Origin: Octopus vulgaris
Taxonomy: Eukaryota
Assembly: GCA_951406725.2 (NCBI GenBank)
Contig: OX597827.1
Coordinates: forward strand, 40,300,001-40,364,000
Reading direction: 5' to 3'
Length of the DNA stretch: 64,000 nt
Shown here: positions 51,670-64,000 of the stretch, piece after piece
How positions within the stretch are numbered: the stretch's first letter is position 1
Layout: every line of letters begins with the position of its first letter
Program-made: the position numbers and the translations under genes
The notes under the pieces: generated by a model
Database searches by the model: none
Seen by the model: only the letters and a program-made list of their open reading frames with translations
What the model was told of the DNA's origin: nothing

Positions 51670-52400
51670 TTATCTGAATCTCTTTTTTTGACTGTCTATC
51701 CAAATTTTCCTTTTTGTCTGAATCTTTTTGCCTGTTCTGTCTGTCTGTTCTTTTTGCTGTCTGTCTGTTTGAATCACCATTTTTTCTGACTGTCTATTTG
51801 AATCTCCCTTTTTTTGCTGTCTGTTTGAAACTCCTTTTTTGTTTTTCTATTTGAATCTACCTTTTTTTTCAGTCTGTTTGAATCATCTTTTTTTTTCTCT
51901 GTCTGTCTGAATCACCCTTTTTCTCTGTCTGCCTGTCTGAATCACCCTTTTTCTCTGTCTGCCTGTCTGAATCACCCTTTTTCTCTGTCTACCTGTCTGA
52001 ATCACCCTTTTTCTCTGTCTGCCTGTCTGAATCACCCTTTTTCTCTGTCTGCCTGTCTGAATCACCCTTTTTCTCTGTCTGCCTGTCTGAATCACCCTTT
52101 TTCTCTGTCTGCCTGTCTGAATCACCCTTTTTCTCTGTCTGCCTGTCTGAATCACCCTTTTTCTCTGTCTGCCTGTCTGAATCACCCTTTTTCTCTGTCT
52201 GTCTGAATCTCCCCTTTTTCCTGTCTCTCCGAATCTCCCCTTTTTCCTGTCTCTCCGAATCTCCCCTTTTTCCTGTCTCTCCGAATCTCCCCCTTTTCCT
52301 GTCTGTCTGCCCGAATCTCCCTTTTTCTTTTGTCATCTGTCCAAATCTACCTATTTTTTTGTGTGTCTGTCCAAATCTCCCTTTTTGTCTGTCTGGAACC
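51670..52400. repeat. Minisatellite: ~10 near-identical 30-bp units (gcctgtctgaatcaccctttttctctgtct) with degenerate flanks and 26-bp variants
   Basis: Exact 30-bp period over 51901-52200. Confidence 0.95.
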
Positions 52401-52709
52401 CTAGTCTGTTTAGAATCTGTCTTAGCATTTTCACCCATACATTCATATGAAATTACACAAATGTCATAAAGACACCTACTGACAGAAATACTCATATAGA
52501 CACTTATGCACATATCCCAGCAGCTGAGTACATGCATCTACAGGCAAACATGATGAAGAGGCATCAGCATAAATGTGTACACAGACACATACACTTATCT
52601 ATAGACGAATAGATATACAAATATACTGACACATACACACACACTGTTGATGTAGTGTTTCTTCATTGTTGTATGACTACTAACAATTTTTGTCTCTTGT
52701 CTGTTACAG

Positions 52710-52838
52710 AATCGACCCGGATACCTGATTCCTTTCTTTGGTCTTCAGGTCTTTGACTTCTGTCTTAGCTGTCTGACTATTGTTGGATCTTCCCTCTTTA
52801 CAACAAACATTAAAGTGTGGCTCAAGGAACAAAGACTG
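52710..52838 (+). CDS. LAPTM4: LAPTM4-family exon 4 (NRPGYLIPFFGLQVFDFCLSCLTIVGSSLFTTNIKVWLKEQRL)
   Basis: ttacag/gtgagt boundaries, 129 bp. Family motif LIPFFxxQxFDFxLSCL (TM3). Confidence 0.92.
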
Positions 52839-53869
52839 GTGAGTATAGACGTGTGTGTGTGCATGTTTCATACAAATGAATGAATAATTATTGTTTAACT
52901 TTAAGGTTCTATACTGCAAATATCTGCAACTGTTGCTAAATCCTAAACTTAATGAAACTGCAATTCATGTTGTTTCCAAGCAAAAAAACTGGAGCTAGGC
53001 ACTCTTTAGTATAAAAAACACATTTTAGAATTTCTTGTCAAAAGGCTTCCTGTTTGCACCGTGTGTGTTTATTTGTTGTATTTTATTGAATGAATTTCTT
53101 GGTAATTTTTCTCCAGAAATTTTCTTTGTTCAGTTTTCAAGCCTAATATTTGTTAAAAAATCTCAAGCAGTGAGTTAGAATTTGGTGATATTATGTATTA
53201 ATGATTTATTTATCATTAATGATTTGGAGAAAGGGAGCTTGGACTTGGCTAAAATAGATATCGATATTTATTGGATATCAATTCCAAGCAGGAATGCAGT
53301 TATTGCATAAATGTTTTCTTAGTAAATGGTAAAAATTATTAAAAAAACCCACAAAAAAAAACCCAAATAATTTAAAACAAACCATCTAAGGGAAATAATT
53401 TCTAACACTATTGTCATGAATTATGTCCCATATAACATCTTTACTTGTTTGTAATACTGGAAATACCATATACTTAACCATTATGACAGATTAAAAAAAA
53501 AAAAAAAGTTTTGAATTTAGTTATCTAATGAGTATTACTCAAAAGGTATTTCTTTTGGTTTTGTCACACATTCTTGTCTGTGATGCATTTGCTCCAGAGT
53601 GGTTGGTTGGATTATGATGTGAATTTGTTGGTAGAGTCTGGTTCAACGCATCTTGAGTGAATGCCAACACATGTACAATGAATTTTTGTCAATGGAATGT
53701 ACACACATGACACTAATATATTGGCATCGTTCATGTCACATGCTACCCTTCCATTACAAAATTTAACAATGTGCCTAGTTTAGATAAGGAAATTTTCAGG
53801 ATTTGCCTAAGAATATTTTTCCAAACTGACTCTTCCTGGAATTATGTGATTTTTTTGTATCTTATTCAG

Positions 53870-53965
53870 GATAACTGTCCTGGCTTCCAACGCCTAATGG
53901 AGATGGACAGTGATCTTCAGATGTTATTGATTGTCATCTTCATTGTGGTATTCCTGCTTATCAGG
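53870..53965 (+). CDS. LAPTM4: LAPTM4-family exon 5 (DNCPGFQRLMEMDSDLQMLLIVIFIVVFLLIR)
   Basis: ttcag/gtgagt boundaries, 96 bp. Hydrophobic TM4. Confidence 0.85.
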
Positions 53966-54128
53966 GTGAGTGTATAAAATACATATTTCTCTACTTTTTT
54001 TTCTTGTTTGCCATGTCTCTCTCTCTCTCTTTTTCCACTGTTTCTCCACCCTTCCAAGTGTCTCTTTTTGTTCTTCTCTACCTTTCTTCCTCTTCCTAGT
54101 TGCAGATATTCAACTTAATTTGCTTATA

Positions 54129-54708
54129 CTAGCAGGACCTGTGAATATTTCACAGAATTAATGGTAAACTTATTGGGTTATTTCTGAAAACTTTATCCAA
54201 AAGAACTGAAAGTATAGCCTGTGTCTGTATCAAAAGATAGTCTCTCATCTGCTACTCATTGAAAAATGAAGGAAGTTGGAATATGAGGATTACTTAATGT
54301 ACTTATATATACACTTTGTATACTCTGTACACAATTTTATAGACTTAATACACAGCACTCTCTCTCTTTCTCTCTCACTTTTTGCCTTACTTTTTATTCT
54401 CTCTCCTTTTTCTTTTGCTCTTTGAATTTCCCTTAAACAAATCATGTAAAGATGTTATAGACTGGCTAAGTAACAGAGGAAAAAAATCTTAGTTCAGAAA
54501 AAGAACATCTCTCTTCCTCATCCCCTCCCTTCCCCTCTCTCACCCGTCCTCTCTCACCCTCCCTCTCTCACCTGCCCTCTCTCACCCGCACCTCCCTCAC
54601 CCTCCCACACTCCTCATCCCTTCAATTCCTCTGTCCCCTTTTAACTAATCACTTGGAAGTGTTACGGACGGGCTAAGTAACAGAGTGACAAACAAAATTA
54701 TTATAAGA
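54129..54708 (-). mobile_element. Non-autonomous Helitron
   Basis: Minus strand begins A|TCTTATAAT and ends with hairpin ctgtgaa-ata-ttcacag then gtcctgCTAG|T. Inserted between A and T with no TSD. Confidence 0.7.
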
Positions 54709-55169
54709 TAGTTAGTTTCATAAGAATTTAGAAACTTTGAGAGAACATGAAATAATTCTGTTTTGAAATGGTGAAACTCAAAGCAGATAAAGCTATAAAT
54801 AATAGCATACAGATATTGGGTTGAAAAATCCCTTGGCTAGAAAACGTTGGGTAACCTTCGACTTTTCTTATTCAAATTTACATACTATTATTTATAGCTT
54901 TATTTGCTTTCCATGGTGTATATATTCCTTCTTGGACAGGACACCAGTCTGTCACAGGAATATTAATTTTTGCCAGCTGAGTGGACTGGAGTAACATGCA
55001 TTGAAGTGTTTTGCTCAAGAACACGTCACTTGGTCCAGGAATTGAAATCACAATCTTATGATCATGAGTCCAACACCCTAACCACTAAGTCACATACCTC
55101 CACTCTCTTTCTCTCTCTGTTGATACATTATTATATATATAATGTATGTATATGATTCTTCTTTTTCAG

Positions 55170-55271
55170 GCTTACTGTTTGGGAGTCATCTGGTCTTGCT
55201 ATAAATATGCCCAGCTGGTATCTGCAGGAAGGAACCTTATTCGAGAATACAGAGTGGACCCTGATACTGAG
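55170..55271 (+). CDS. LAPTM4: LAPTM4-family exon 6 (AYCLGVIWSCYKYAQLVSAGRNLIREYRVDPDTE)
   Basis: tttttcag/gtaagc boundaries, 102 bp. Family motif AYxxxxxWxCYKY. Confidence 0.92.
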
Positions 55272-56423
55272 GTAAGCTTTTAATTAATTTAAGCCAGTGT
55301 TGTTAGTGAAGACATTGTCACAATAAATATGTAATGTTCAGTGGCTGTTTTTGTTTTGATCAGTGCCGATTGAGCAGATTTATTTTGGGGAGTTGAATGA
55401 CTGGATGTGATCCACAATTGCACTTATCCAGATATGGAGAAAAAAATGAACTGCAAAAAAGATAATGTTACATATTGATTTCTCTTGATCACGTGTTGTG
55501 TGGTACTCTTTTACTTGTTTCAGTCATTTGACTGTGGCCATGCTGGAGCACTGCCTTTAGTCGAGCAAATCGATCCCAGGACTTATTCTTTGTAAGCCTA
55601 GTACTTATTCTATCGGTCTCTTTTGCCAAACCGCTAAGTTAGGGGGAATGCAAACACACCAGCATCAGTTGTCAAGCGATGTTGGGGGGACAAACACAGA
55701 CACACAAACACACACACATATACATATATACGACGGGCTTCTTTCAGTTTCTGTCTACCAAATCCACACACAAGGCTTTGGTCAGCCCGAGGCTATAGTA
55801 GAAGACACCTACCCAAGGTGCTACACATTGGGACTGAACCTGGGACCATGTGGTTGGTAAGCAAGCTACATACCACACAGCCACTCTTGTGGAGCTTTAG
55901 GTGTTTTCGCTCAATAAACACTCACAACGCCTGGTCTAGGAATTGAAACCGCGATCCTGCGGCCACGAGTTCACTGCCCTAACCACTAGGCCATTGTGCC
56001 TCCACTGTCCGCTGTCCTAAATTTTTTTTTTTTTACCCTGTTGAATACTTGTTGGTAGGGTGTGATTTGGAAGAAGTTTGCCTGCAATTTTTAGCAATGA
56101 CAAGAGAAGCTCTCTGTCTCTTGTATGCTTGTAGGTTAGATGGTTGTTTTTTTTACACTTTTATTGGGTGTTTCTCTCTGCTTCCAACACATTTCTAGTA
56201 CAATGTGTTCTGCTAATGATGTTATTGCAACTGCTACTAATTTTGCTGTGCTGTTGCTATTGTTCAGCTTTAAGTTAGCATTAACTGAGTTGACTTATGA
56301 TCAAAAACATTCCATCTATGACCATCTAGTTTTTTTTTTTCCAGTTGTTCTCTTTTATTCTCTACTCGTTGTTTAGCTGCATATTAAGCATAACTTTACC
56401 TGCGTTTGGTCTTTCTTTTCCAG

Positions 56424-56642
56424 ATGCTTCTGCCACCAAGCTATGAAGATGCCATTAAGGTCCCGTTGTCAGAGCTGGCAGCCATGTCACATTCGTCTCA
56501 GCAGGTCCCACCTCCTCCTTATATGATGTCTCTTGCTCCTGTTGTTGATGCCTCTACAACCACCTCTGACGCTAGTAGTAGTAGTAGTATGCCAACAACC
56601 ACCACCACTACTACTACTACAAACAGTGATAATGGTAATTAG
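56424..56642 (+). CDS. LAPTM4: LAPTM4-family last exon: LPPSY and PPPPY (PY) motifs, Ser/Thr-rich tail, TAG
   Basis: ttttccag acceptor. MLLPPSYEDA...VPPPPY are the NEDD4 WW-binding motifs typical of LAPTM proteins. Joined CDS is 300 aa. Confidence 0.92.
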   Translation: MLLPPSYEDAIKVPLSELAAMSHSSQQVPPPPYMMSLAPVVDASTTTSDASSSSSMPTTTTTTTTTNSDNGN

Positions 56643-59600
56643 GGAGGTTGATGAGTGTTCCAGAACATGTGCATACACACAGTCTTACACGCATTTGCAC
56701 AAACACGCAAACACATAACCACTGTATATAAAGAATACAAACACTACACATAGTATATAAAATGCTCTCTCTCTCTTTCTTCCCGTAATATGCACCTATT
56801 AAATATAGTATATGTATACAAACATGGTTGTACACACAGACGTACACAGTTTACACATGCACACATGTACATATTATGTATGTAAGCACATGCACAGACA
56901 CGCACATGTATATACATTGATTACACACAAACACACACACACACATGTATGTATATGCCTGTGTATGAGCGACATGTATAGCGATACACCCATCTATACA
57001 TGTATATGCGTGTGTGTGATCTACATGTATAGCTATACACACACCTACATAAACATACACGGCAGTTACAAGTATATATATGTGATCTCTCTCTAATATA
57101 TTTCTCTGTATAAATAGACTTTCAAAAGCTCAAAAGATGTGCTGGTCTCCTTAATTACCAAAATTACCTATTCCCTTTTAACCATTTGATGACTGGTGTA
57201 ATTAGTTCATCCACACCACACCCTCTCTACAAGTTCTCATATTTGAAATTTTCTCTTCTGTGTCTTGTTACTGCGTCTTTGTGGTGGTGGTTTGTGTTGG
57301 GGTAGAGGGATGGGTGAGGGAGTATGTAGCACGTAGTTCGTAATGGCGTCCAGACAATTTCAAGTGTATCTGCATATATTGTGTGTGCAGTTCTGCTTGA
57401 ATAAAGCTGTCCTTAGCTAAGGTTCTGTATATTTTTTACTGTATCCTCTTGTTTTGTTTTCTTAAATTTAATTTGTGTGTGTGTGTTTTCCAACATAGAA
57501 GCTAACTGCCTTTTGGCTTTTTTTTTCTCATTTTAAATATGATAGGTCGACATATTGGGAAGGATTTGATTTCGGCATTGAGCTGGATAATGTTACTAGA
57601 TAGAAGCTGCTTTGAAAGCTAGTATAGTGCCTGCTTTAAAGAGACTTTGAAAGTTTGTGGAGATGTGCCTGTTATAATTGAGTAGGCTCAGCAACTGCAG
57701 AGAAGGGGCCTTGCTGTTTCATGGTGGTGATGTGATGAAGGTAATAATAATTGAGGCAGTAATGTTAATGCTGCTGATGATTGTGATAATGCAGTGGTGT
57801 TGGCCATAGCAGTGGTGTTGTGTTTTATTATGAAAGACAGGGCACTAGAAGAAATAGAAGTGTACCAGACTAAATGACTTATAATATTTAGTCTAATTTC
57901 TCCACATCAATGATAATAAATTTTTTTCAGATTCTAACTCTTTGGCTCTGCACAACATTCATAATGTCCTTCATCTTGTAACATTATTCTGAAGATTGGC
58001 TCCAAGCAACACGTGTAATTTAAAAAAGGTAGCAGTAAGCCCATTGCTCTTGCTTTCCTAGAAAATTCATAACCTTCCCTGAAGCAATCCTATAAACTTT
58101 ATTCATAGTGGCAAGAACTGCTTATAATGTTTACTGAAACTTAAGCCTGTATTTGTAGTCTTTAAGTGAAAATAGATTAGCCTATACCTTTCATCTGTGG
58201 CCGAAGGGTGGCTGAGGCATTAAAATAAGCACCCATGATATAATGAGGTTTGTTTAATCATGCTTACCATTGCATTCTTTTTCAGTAGAAGCATTGAAAT
58301 AAAGCCCAGTAGGATACTGATGTTGGTTCAAACACCTAAATGAAAATATGCCATATGCCTGATGAAAAGAAATCCCTTCGCAACCTGGACTCCCTACATC
58401 ACTTATAGCATCTATCAGTAAACAGTAGCATCACCTCGCATAGTTAGTTGTTGCTTGGTTTCTTTGTTTGATGATGGTTTTCCTTTTTAATGTTACTGTA
58501 GTTAGAATTTTAGGAAGCGACAATAAGTTTAAAAAAATTTTTTTTACTCTTTTGTATATGTCCTCTGTTCTTTGTTTCATCTCCGCCTGTTCCTCTTCTA
58601 CTATCGTCTCCCCATCTCTTCAGTTATTCACATTCCTTGGGTTACATTTTGTAATGTGTGGTCATTGCTCTACTGGCCATTGCCTCTTATTCTTTAGCTT
58701 ATGTTTTCTAGTGCATGGTCCTTGCTGCTCTGACCACACACACGCACACACACACAGCATATTCTTCAGATAACTTTCTTTGCAACTGAGTAATTTGCTT
58801 CTTTCACACCTATTAATGTGAACATAACAATGTGATCTTCATTTTTTATGGAATAATTCTTGTTTCTGTATCATGTTTTATTATTGACTGTATCCTGTTC
58901 TTTAAGGGGTTCTTCTGTAATAGTGGCCTGAGTTGTACTGACCACATCTTATTCCTTGAGTCATCTTTGTGATGTAGTCTTTACTTCACTGACCACTGTG
59001 ATCACTATGATGTGGTCCTTGCTACATTGGTGACACATTCTTCATTTTGTGGGTTTATTATTAATTGGCATTATTTGCGAACACTACGGCTTGGTAGAAA
59101 TGCTGACATGTTCAACAAAATACATCAGAATATTTGGTTACACCCCCACTTTCATTCTGAGTTTAAATCCCTACAATGACTGGCTTTGTTTTCATCTCTT
59201 TGTCTTTCATCTCCTTAATAAAATAAGTACTAATCATATACAGGGGATCGACTCATCTGTATAAATTTTCTTTCTTTCTTTCTTCAATGTGATCCTTATT
59301 GCACTAACTAGTTCAGCAAATTTCTGAAATGAATATCTTGTGATGTTAATATAGTTTTATATATATAAGGATCTGTAATTTTTTTTAATATATATATATT
59401 TTTTTCTATTTATATTTTTCCCCTTGGTTTCTTAAAAATGATTTTTTTTCTTATATTCCATTGTCAGGAAACAATTTACATAAATTTTAATCTGATAAGG
59501 CTTCTACTGATTGCCCATCTTGAGAATATTAAATAAAATGAAAATGTGTGTGGACTTAAGTAACCACAATGGTGTTTGAAAAAACAAAAAAAAAAGGAAA

Positions 59601-59884
59601 AGAAAAAAAATGGTATACTGTGCATACATGAAATTGAGAGCTATAACATGGCATCATGGTGCTTGTAGTGTAAGTGGGGTTGTCTTCTTTGTCTTCATTC
59701 ATACATGGGCTGTATCTAAAATGATATAGCTTCAATTCTGACAACAGAGGGGTATTGGCTTGTTTAAAATTTTATTCCTTCTCCTTTATACCTAAATATG
59801 TATTTGTATACATTATGTATATATATATATATATATATATATTGCTTGTTCTTTTCCTTTCTAATCTTCATTTATTATGAACAT

Positions 59885-59945
59885 TAATAAATTAAAAGTA
59901 AAGAATTGGATTAGCTTTTTGCCCCTCTTTTCTTTCTTTTTAATT
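59885..59945 (+). terminator. Candidate LAPTM4 polyadenylation region (AATAAA followed by a T-rich tract)
   Basis: taataaattaaaag followed by tttttgcccctcttttctttcttttt. SINE density rises immediately downstream. An alternative AATAAA lies near 59532. Confidence 0.35.
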
Positions 59946-60339
59946 GTTATTGTGATTGAATGACAGATTAAATGCTTTGCAGTATTTAGTTACCTTCTTT
60001 ACATTCTGGTTTTCAACTTCGCCCTTCATTCTTTTGGTGCTAATAGTAAGTGCTAATCAATTACTCTGTCCCCCAAATTTGTGGCCTTGTGCCTATGTCA
60101 GAAATCATTGTTGCTGTTGCTATAGAGTGGCAGAAATTGGTTGAATGTTGGACTACATGACTTGCAGTATATAGTTATATTTAGTTCAAATCTTGTCGTG
60201 GTTGATTTTTGTCAGAGATCTTTCAAAAGTTGATCTGTAAAATATTGGGGTGGTGGTTTGATTTCAATGGACTTGTCCCTACCTCAGATTTCTTGTTTTC
60301 TGCCTATGTTAGAAATGATGAGAGGAATTATAAAATAAT

Positions 60340-60556
60340 CCTTTCTACTAAAGGCACAAGGCCTGAAATTTTGGGGGAGGGGGGTAGTCGATGGCATCAA
60401 CCCCAATATGTAATTGGTAGTTAATTTATCGATCCCTAAAGGATGAAAGATAAAGTCAACCTTGGCGGAATTTGAATTCAGAATGTAATGACAGACAAAA
60501 TACTGCTAAGCATTTCGTCTGGTGTGCTAATGATTCTGCCAGCTCACTGCCTTAAG
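60340..60556 (-). mobile_element. tRNA-derived SINE with imperfect TSD
   Basis: Flanked by ggaattataaaataa / ggaaatataaaataa. A further copy lies at about 61432-61645. Confidence 0.75.
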
Positions 60557-63500
60557 GGGAAATATAAAATAACAAATCTTCCCTGGTTTCAACAATGAGT
60601 ACCCATCCAATCAACTGAATTACATGCTTATTGAATTAGCATATATGTGGCTGAGCATTCTACAAACACATGATGTATTCTTAATGTTATTCTCAAACGA
60701 AATTAGTGTCATTCATTCATTCATTCATTCCTATTCTGTGTAAACATGTCCAGCCAAGGGGAAATATTTCTTTGGTTGGAAACAAGTGAAGGTTGTTGAC
60801 AGGAATGTCTTGCATACAGCTGTAGAAAACCTGCCTCAGCAAATTCCATCTGTCCTATGCAAGCAGGGGGAAAATGGACGTAAAAAAATATATATCTATG
60901 GATGGTTGGCAAACCTATGACCAAACTTAAGTCAGTTTTGGTGATTCCATTCTTTATTTTAGATGATGTTTCTAGAAGTACAGTACCAAATGTGTCTGTC
61001 CTTGGTAGGGTGTTATTTGAAAGAGATTTGGCTAGTGTTTTCAGTGAGTTGAATGACCATGAAGAAATACGAAGAAGTATCCTTGTTGATGTTTTTACTC
61101 TGTACAGATAGAGAATTGAAGAAAAATACTGTTGTGGTTTGGGTGACTGAAACATGTCCAAATATATTTGAATGAAGGAATAAAGGTGTTCGAGGGCCAG
61201 ATTGATGATGACCTTCATAAAACATTTATGAAGAAATGGTTTATGGTCATGTAGATGAATGCTGAGGCATGATTGTTATGGTTAAGTTCACTTGGACAAT
61301 CATATAGTTCTGGGTTCAATTCCAGTATGCAGCAATTTGGATGTAATCCTACTCTGGGGTGATAAATTCTTTGTGAGTGTAACTTGGTAGATAGAACTGC
61401 CTGAGTCGCACCGTATATGTATGATATATATTGGTTTCAAATTTTGGTATGAGGCCAGCAAGTTGGGGGAGAGGATTAGTCAATTACTTTGACCCCAATG
61501 TTCAACTGGTACTTATTTTATCAACCCCAAAAGAATGGGAGGCAAATTTGACCTCGGCAGAATTTGAACTTGGAACGTAAAGAAGGACGAAATGCCACTA
61601 CGCATTGTACTTGGCATGTTAATGATTCTGCCACCTTGTCACCTTATGTATGATATATATATTATCAATGAAAGACATCTATAGAAGCAAAGGAAGTAAA
61701 TATGATAAACCAATGCGTGGAGCTAAAAGTATCTCATGGTTTTAATTTTGCCCATATTGTACTGGTATTCCTTCCTTTCTTTCACAATTGGAAACTGATA
61801 ACCCATGACATTATCATTCACAAAATGCATAATACAAAATAAAAGTGAAATTACTAGTCCTGAGAAAAACATTACTTCTGAGATCATTATAATACATGGA
61901 AACCTTAGAAAATCTTTTCATGAAGACTAAATCAGTAGGTTTTATTCTCCCCAAGACAACGTGGACAAAAGAAAGCCCCCCCCCCCCCGAATAGCACCAG
62001 CCAAAATAATCACAATAATAAATTTTGAACAACATTGTTGATAGCCTATGTATTGTTAAGCTTCGTATTTACTATGAGAAGCTAATTCGTATGAAGCTGG
62101 ACATTGTTTCTACCCAGTGAAGTTGGCCTGTTGTAAGTTGAGTATTGAACTGCTGTACAGGGAGAATATTTCCAAGACAATAAGATTGGTGATAAGAACT
62201 GTATTTGAACATACATAATTTGTTTACTGTTGTTTTGGTCCTAGATGTGTACTGCAACTGCTAGAGTGCAGCAATTCCCAGTTAGGTGATCTTGAGAATA
62301 ATGGTTTTTTAACAAACACATGGGTAGGGGACAATATTGTTTAAATTTAGGTGCATGACACTTTTAAATGCAGAGTCAAAGATTTAAGCCAAGGCTAATT
62401 GGCTAACAAACTAAATTGACTATTTTGTTTTTGTAAGTTGGATGTCACTAGCTAATTGACAAATCTATGCAAGTCATCTTCCATATTGTAGAAAGCAGGT
62501 GGAGTGAGGATAGCAAATTTAGCCTTGATTAGGCCCCAGGTCCATTTAGATTAGCAGAGCATTTGCCATCCAAATCTTAATGCTGTTCAGAGATGATATC
62601 AATTTAAAGATTGCAGTTTGGTTTTCACTATGAAAGAATAGGTTTAAAAAATTTTTTGTTCACCAAAGTATCTAAAGATACCATGGCTGATAATGTATAT
62701 GCATACTGTGAGGCTGCGGCATCTGTAGATTTATAAATTATGAGAAAATGTTCTTTGACATGCATGCTTTCCTAATAATGCTTGTAGCCTTTTATCAGTT
62801 AGTCGCACTTATATAACAGCAGAGAGCATGGATGACGCTTATGTAGAGGATTCTTCAGATGTGGAAAGAATCAAAACTGTGCTCATTTAGTGTCCAAAGA
62901 TCACTGATTTTCAAAATTTATTAAGAACCTACTTTCGCATGCTAGATAGAATTGATTGTCAGCTAAGATCACTGTGAAGTTAACATCGCTACCACTTGGT
63001 ATACAATGGTATATAATCTTTCTCTTTCAGCTGGTTATGGTGGAAGTTGAAACTGATTAGAATGGCATTGTTTTCAATGAAACTCTCGTCAGCCTTGTTG
63101 ACTATCATCCAAAGCAGTAATATGGGAGTTATGAGAAAAGTCATGACATCGATTATATGCCATGAAAAATAGGTGAAAAAGATATATTGGAAGGAACGAA
63201 ATGGCAGAGCTCTCAGGTCAAAGACAGAAGTAGATATTTTATTTAATTCTGAGAATAATTAAAGTTTTGGGGTACCATGATTTTTTCTGCGTGCAGTTGT
63301 CCTGCTATATTTCATATTATTACAAACTAATTTATATTACTTATATGTATCATTGTGTGTGTATGTTCCTTTATAATACTGCAATTAAAACTTTTGATTT
63401 TTCCATGGTGCCAGCAATGGAATATTTCAACTAATGTACCTTTACACACCTGCCATTTTTGTCTGACATGAATTGCAGTACATTTTTAGACTCTAGAACC

Positions 63501-64000
63501 CTTGGAACTGGAAACAATTTTTTTTGTGTATTAATGCAGAAAAGCAACTTTCAGCCATTCTTGAAATAATCAGTCATGAATGATGTTAAAGATACAAACA
63601 CAAAATTTTATAATATATATATATATATATATTTACGAGGATGAAGGAGTAAGTTGACTCTGGTTAAATTTGAGATTCATAATAATAAATGAATGTAAAA
63701 TTTTCCGCCTATGATAAAAAATAAAAACCAACAGCTGTAGCTGTGTGGTAAGAAGCTATCTTACCAATTACATGGTTCAAGGTTCAGTCCTACTGTGTGG
63801 TACCTTGGGCAAGTGTCTTCTACTATAGCCTTTGGCTGACCAAAACTTTGTGAGTGGATTTGGTAGGCGGAAACTGAAAGAAGCCTCTTGTGTATATCAT
63901 CATCATCATCATCGTTTAACATCCACTATCCATGCTAGCATGGGTTGGATGATTTGACTGAGGACTGGCGAACCAGATGGCTGCACCAGGCTCCAATCTG

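Noticed and set aside
51883-52537. 182-aa and 100-aa repetitive minus-strand ORFs, and a CRISPR-like periodic appearance
   Set aside because: A tandem 30-bp minisatellite with no spacers, in a eukaryotic intron, with no splice or family support.
60721-61225. 165-aa minus and 69-aa plus ORFs
   Set aside because: They overlap short repeats seen elsewhere (tttgaaagagatttggct, e.g. near 28550 and 56065) and show no recognisable domain or splice partners.
62800-63240. Coding-like composition and a ctctttcag acceptor near the window end
   Set aside because: Frames are interrupted by stops and no motif was recognised; probably a decayed transposon.

Overview
Eukaryotic, AT-rich, repeat-dense genomic DNA. 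The SINE families, microsatellites and LINE remnants look like a coleoid cephalopod, most likely Octopus (inference). There are two spliced + strand genes. (1) Six coding exons (2312-13854) of a C6orf62 homologue; its first coding exon is not visible and probably lies upstream of the window. (2) A complete 7-exon LAPTM4-family lysosomal four-TM gene (29096-56642, 300 aa) with two PY motifs and a CpG-rich promoter/first-intron domain. Almost all ORFs in the supplied track are spurious (microsatellites, SINEs). Introns and intergenic DNA carry tRNA-derived SINEs, RTE and other LINE remnants, Tc1/mariner, Tigger/pogo and piggyBac-like MITEs, a Helitron, fold-back elements and a 30-bp minisatellite. 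The most unusual signal is several sequence-unrelated minimal type-I hammerhead-ribozyme folds (7597-7651, 31159-31204, weaker at 2849-2904), all antisense to the host genes, of the kind carried by Penelope-like elements and retrozymes. Long intronic and 3'-region hairpins are candidate ADAR substrates.
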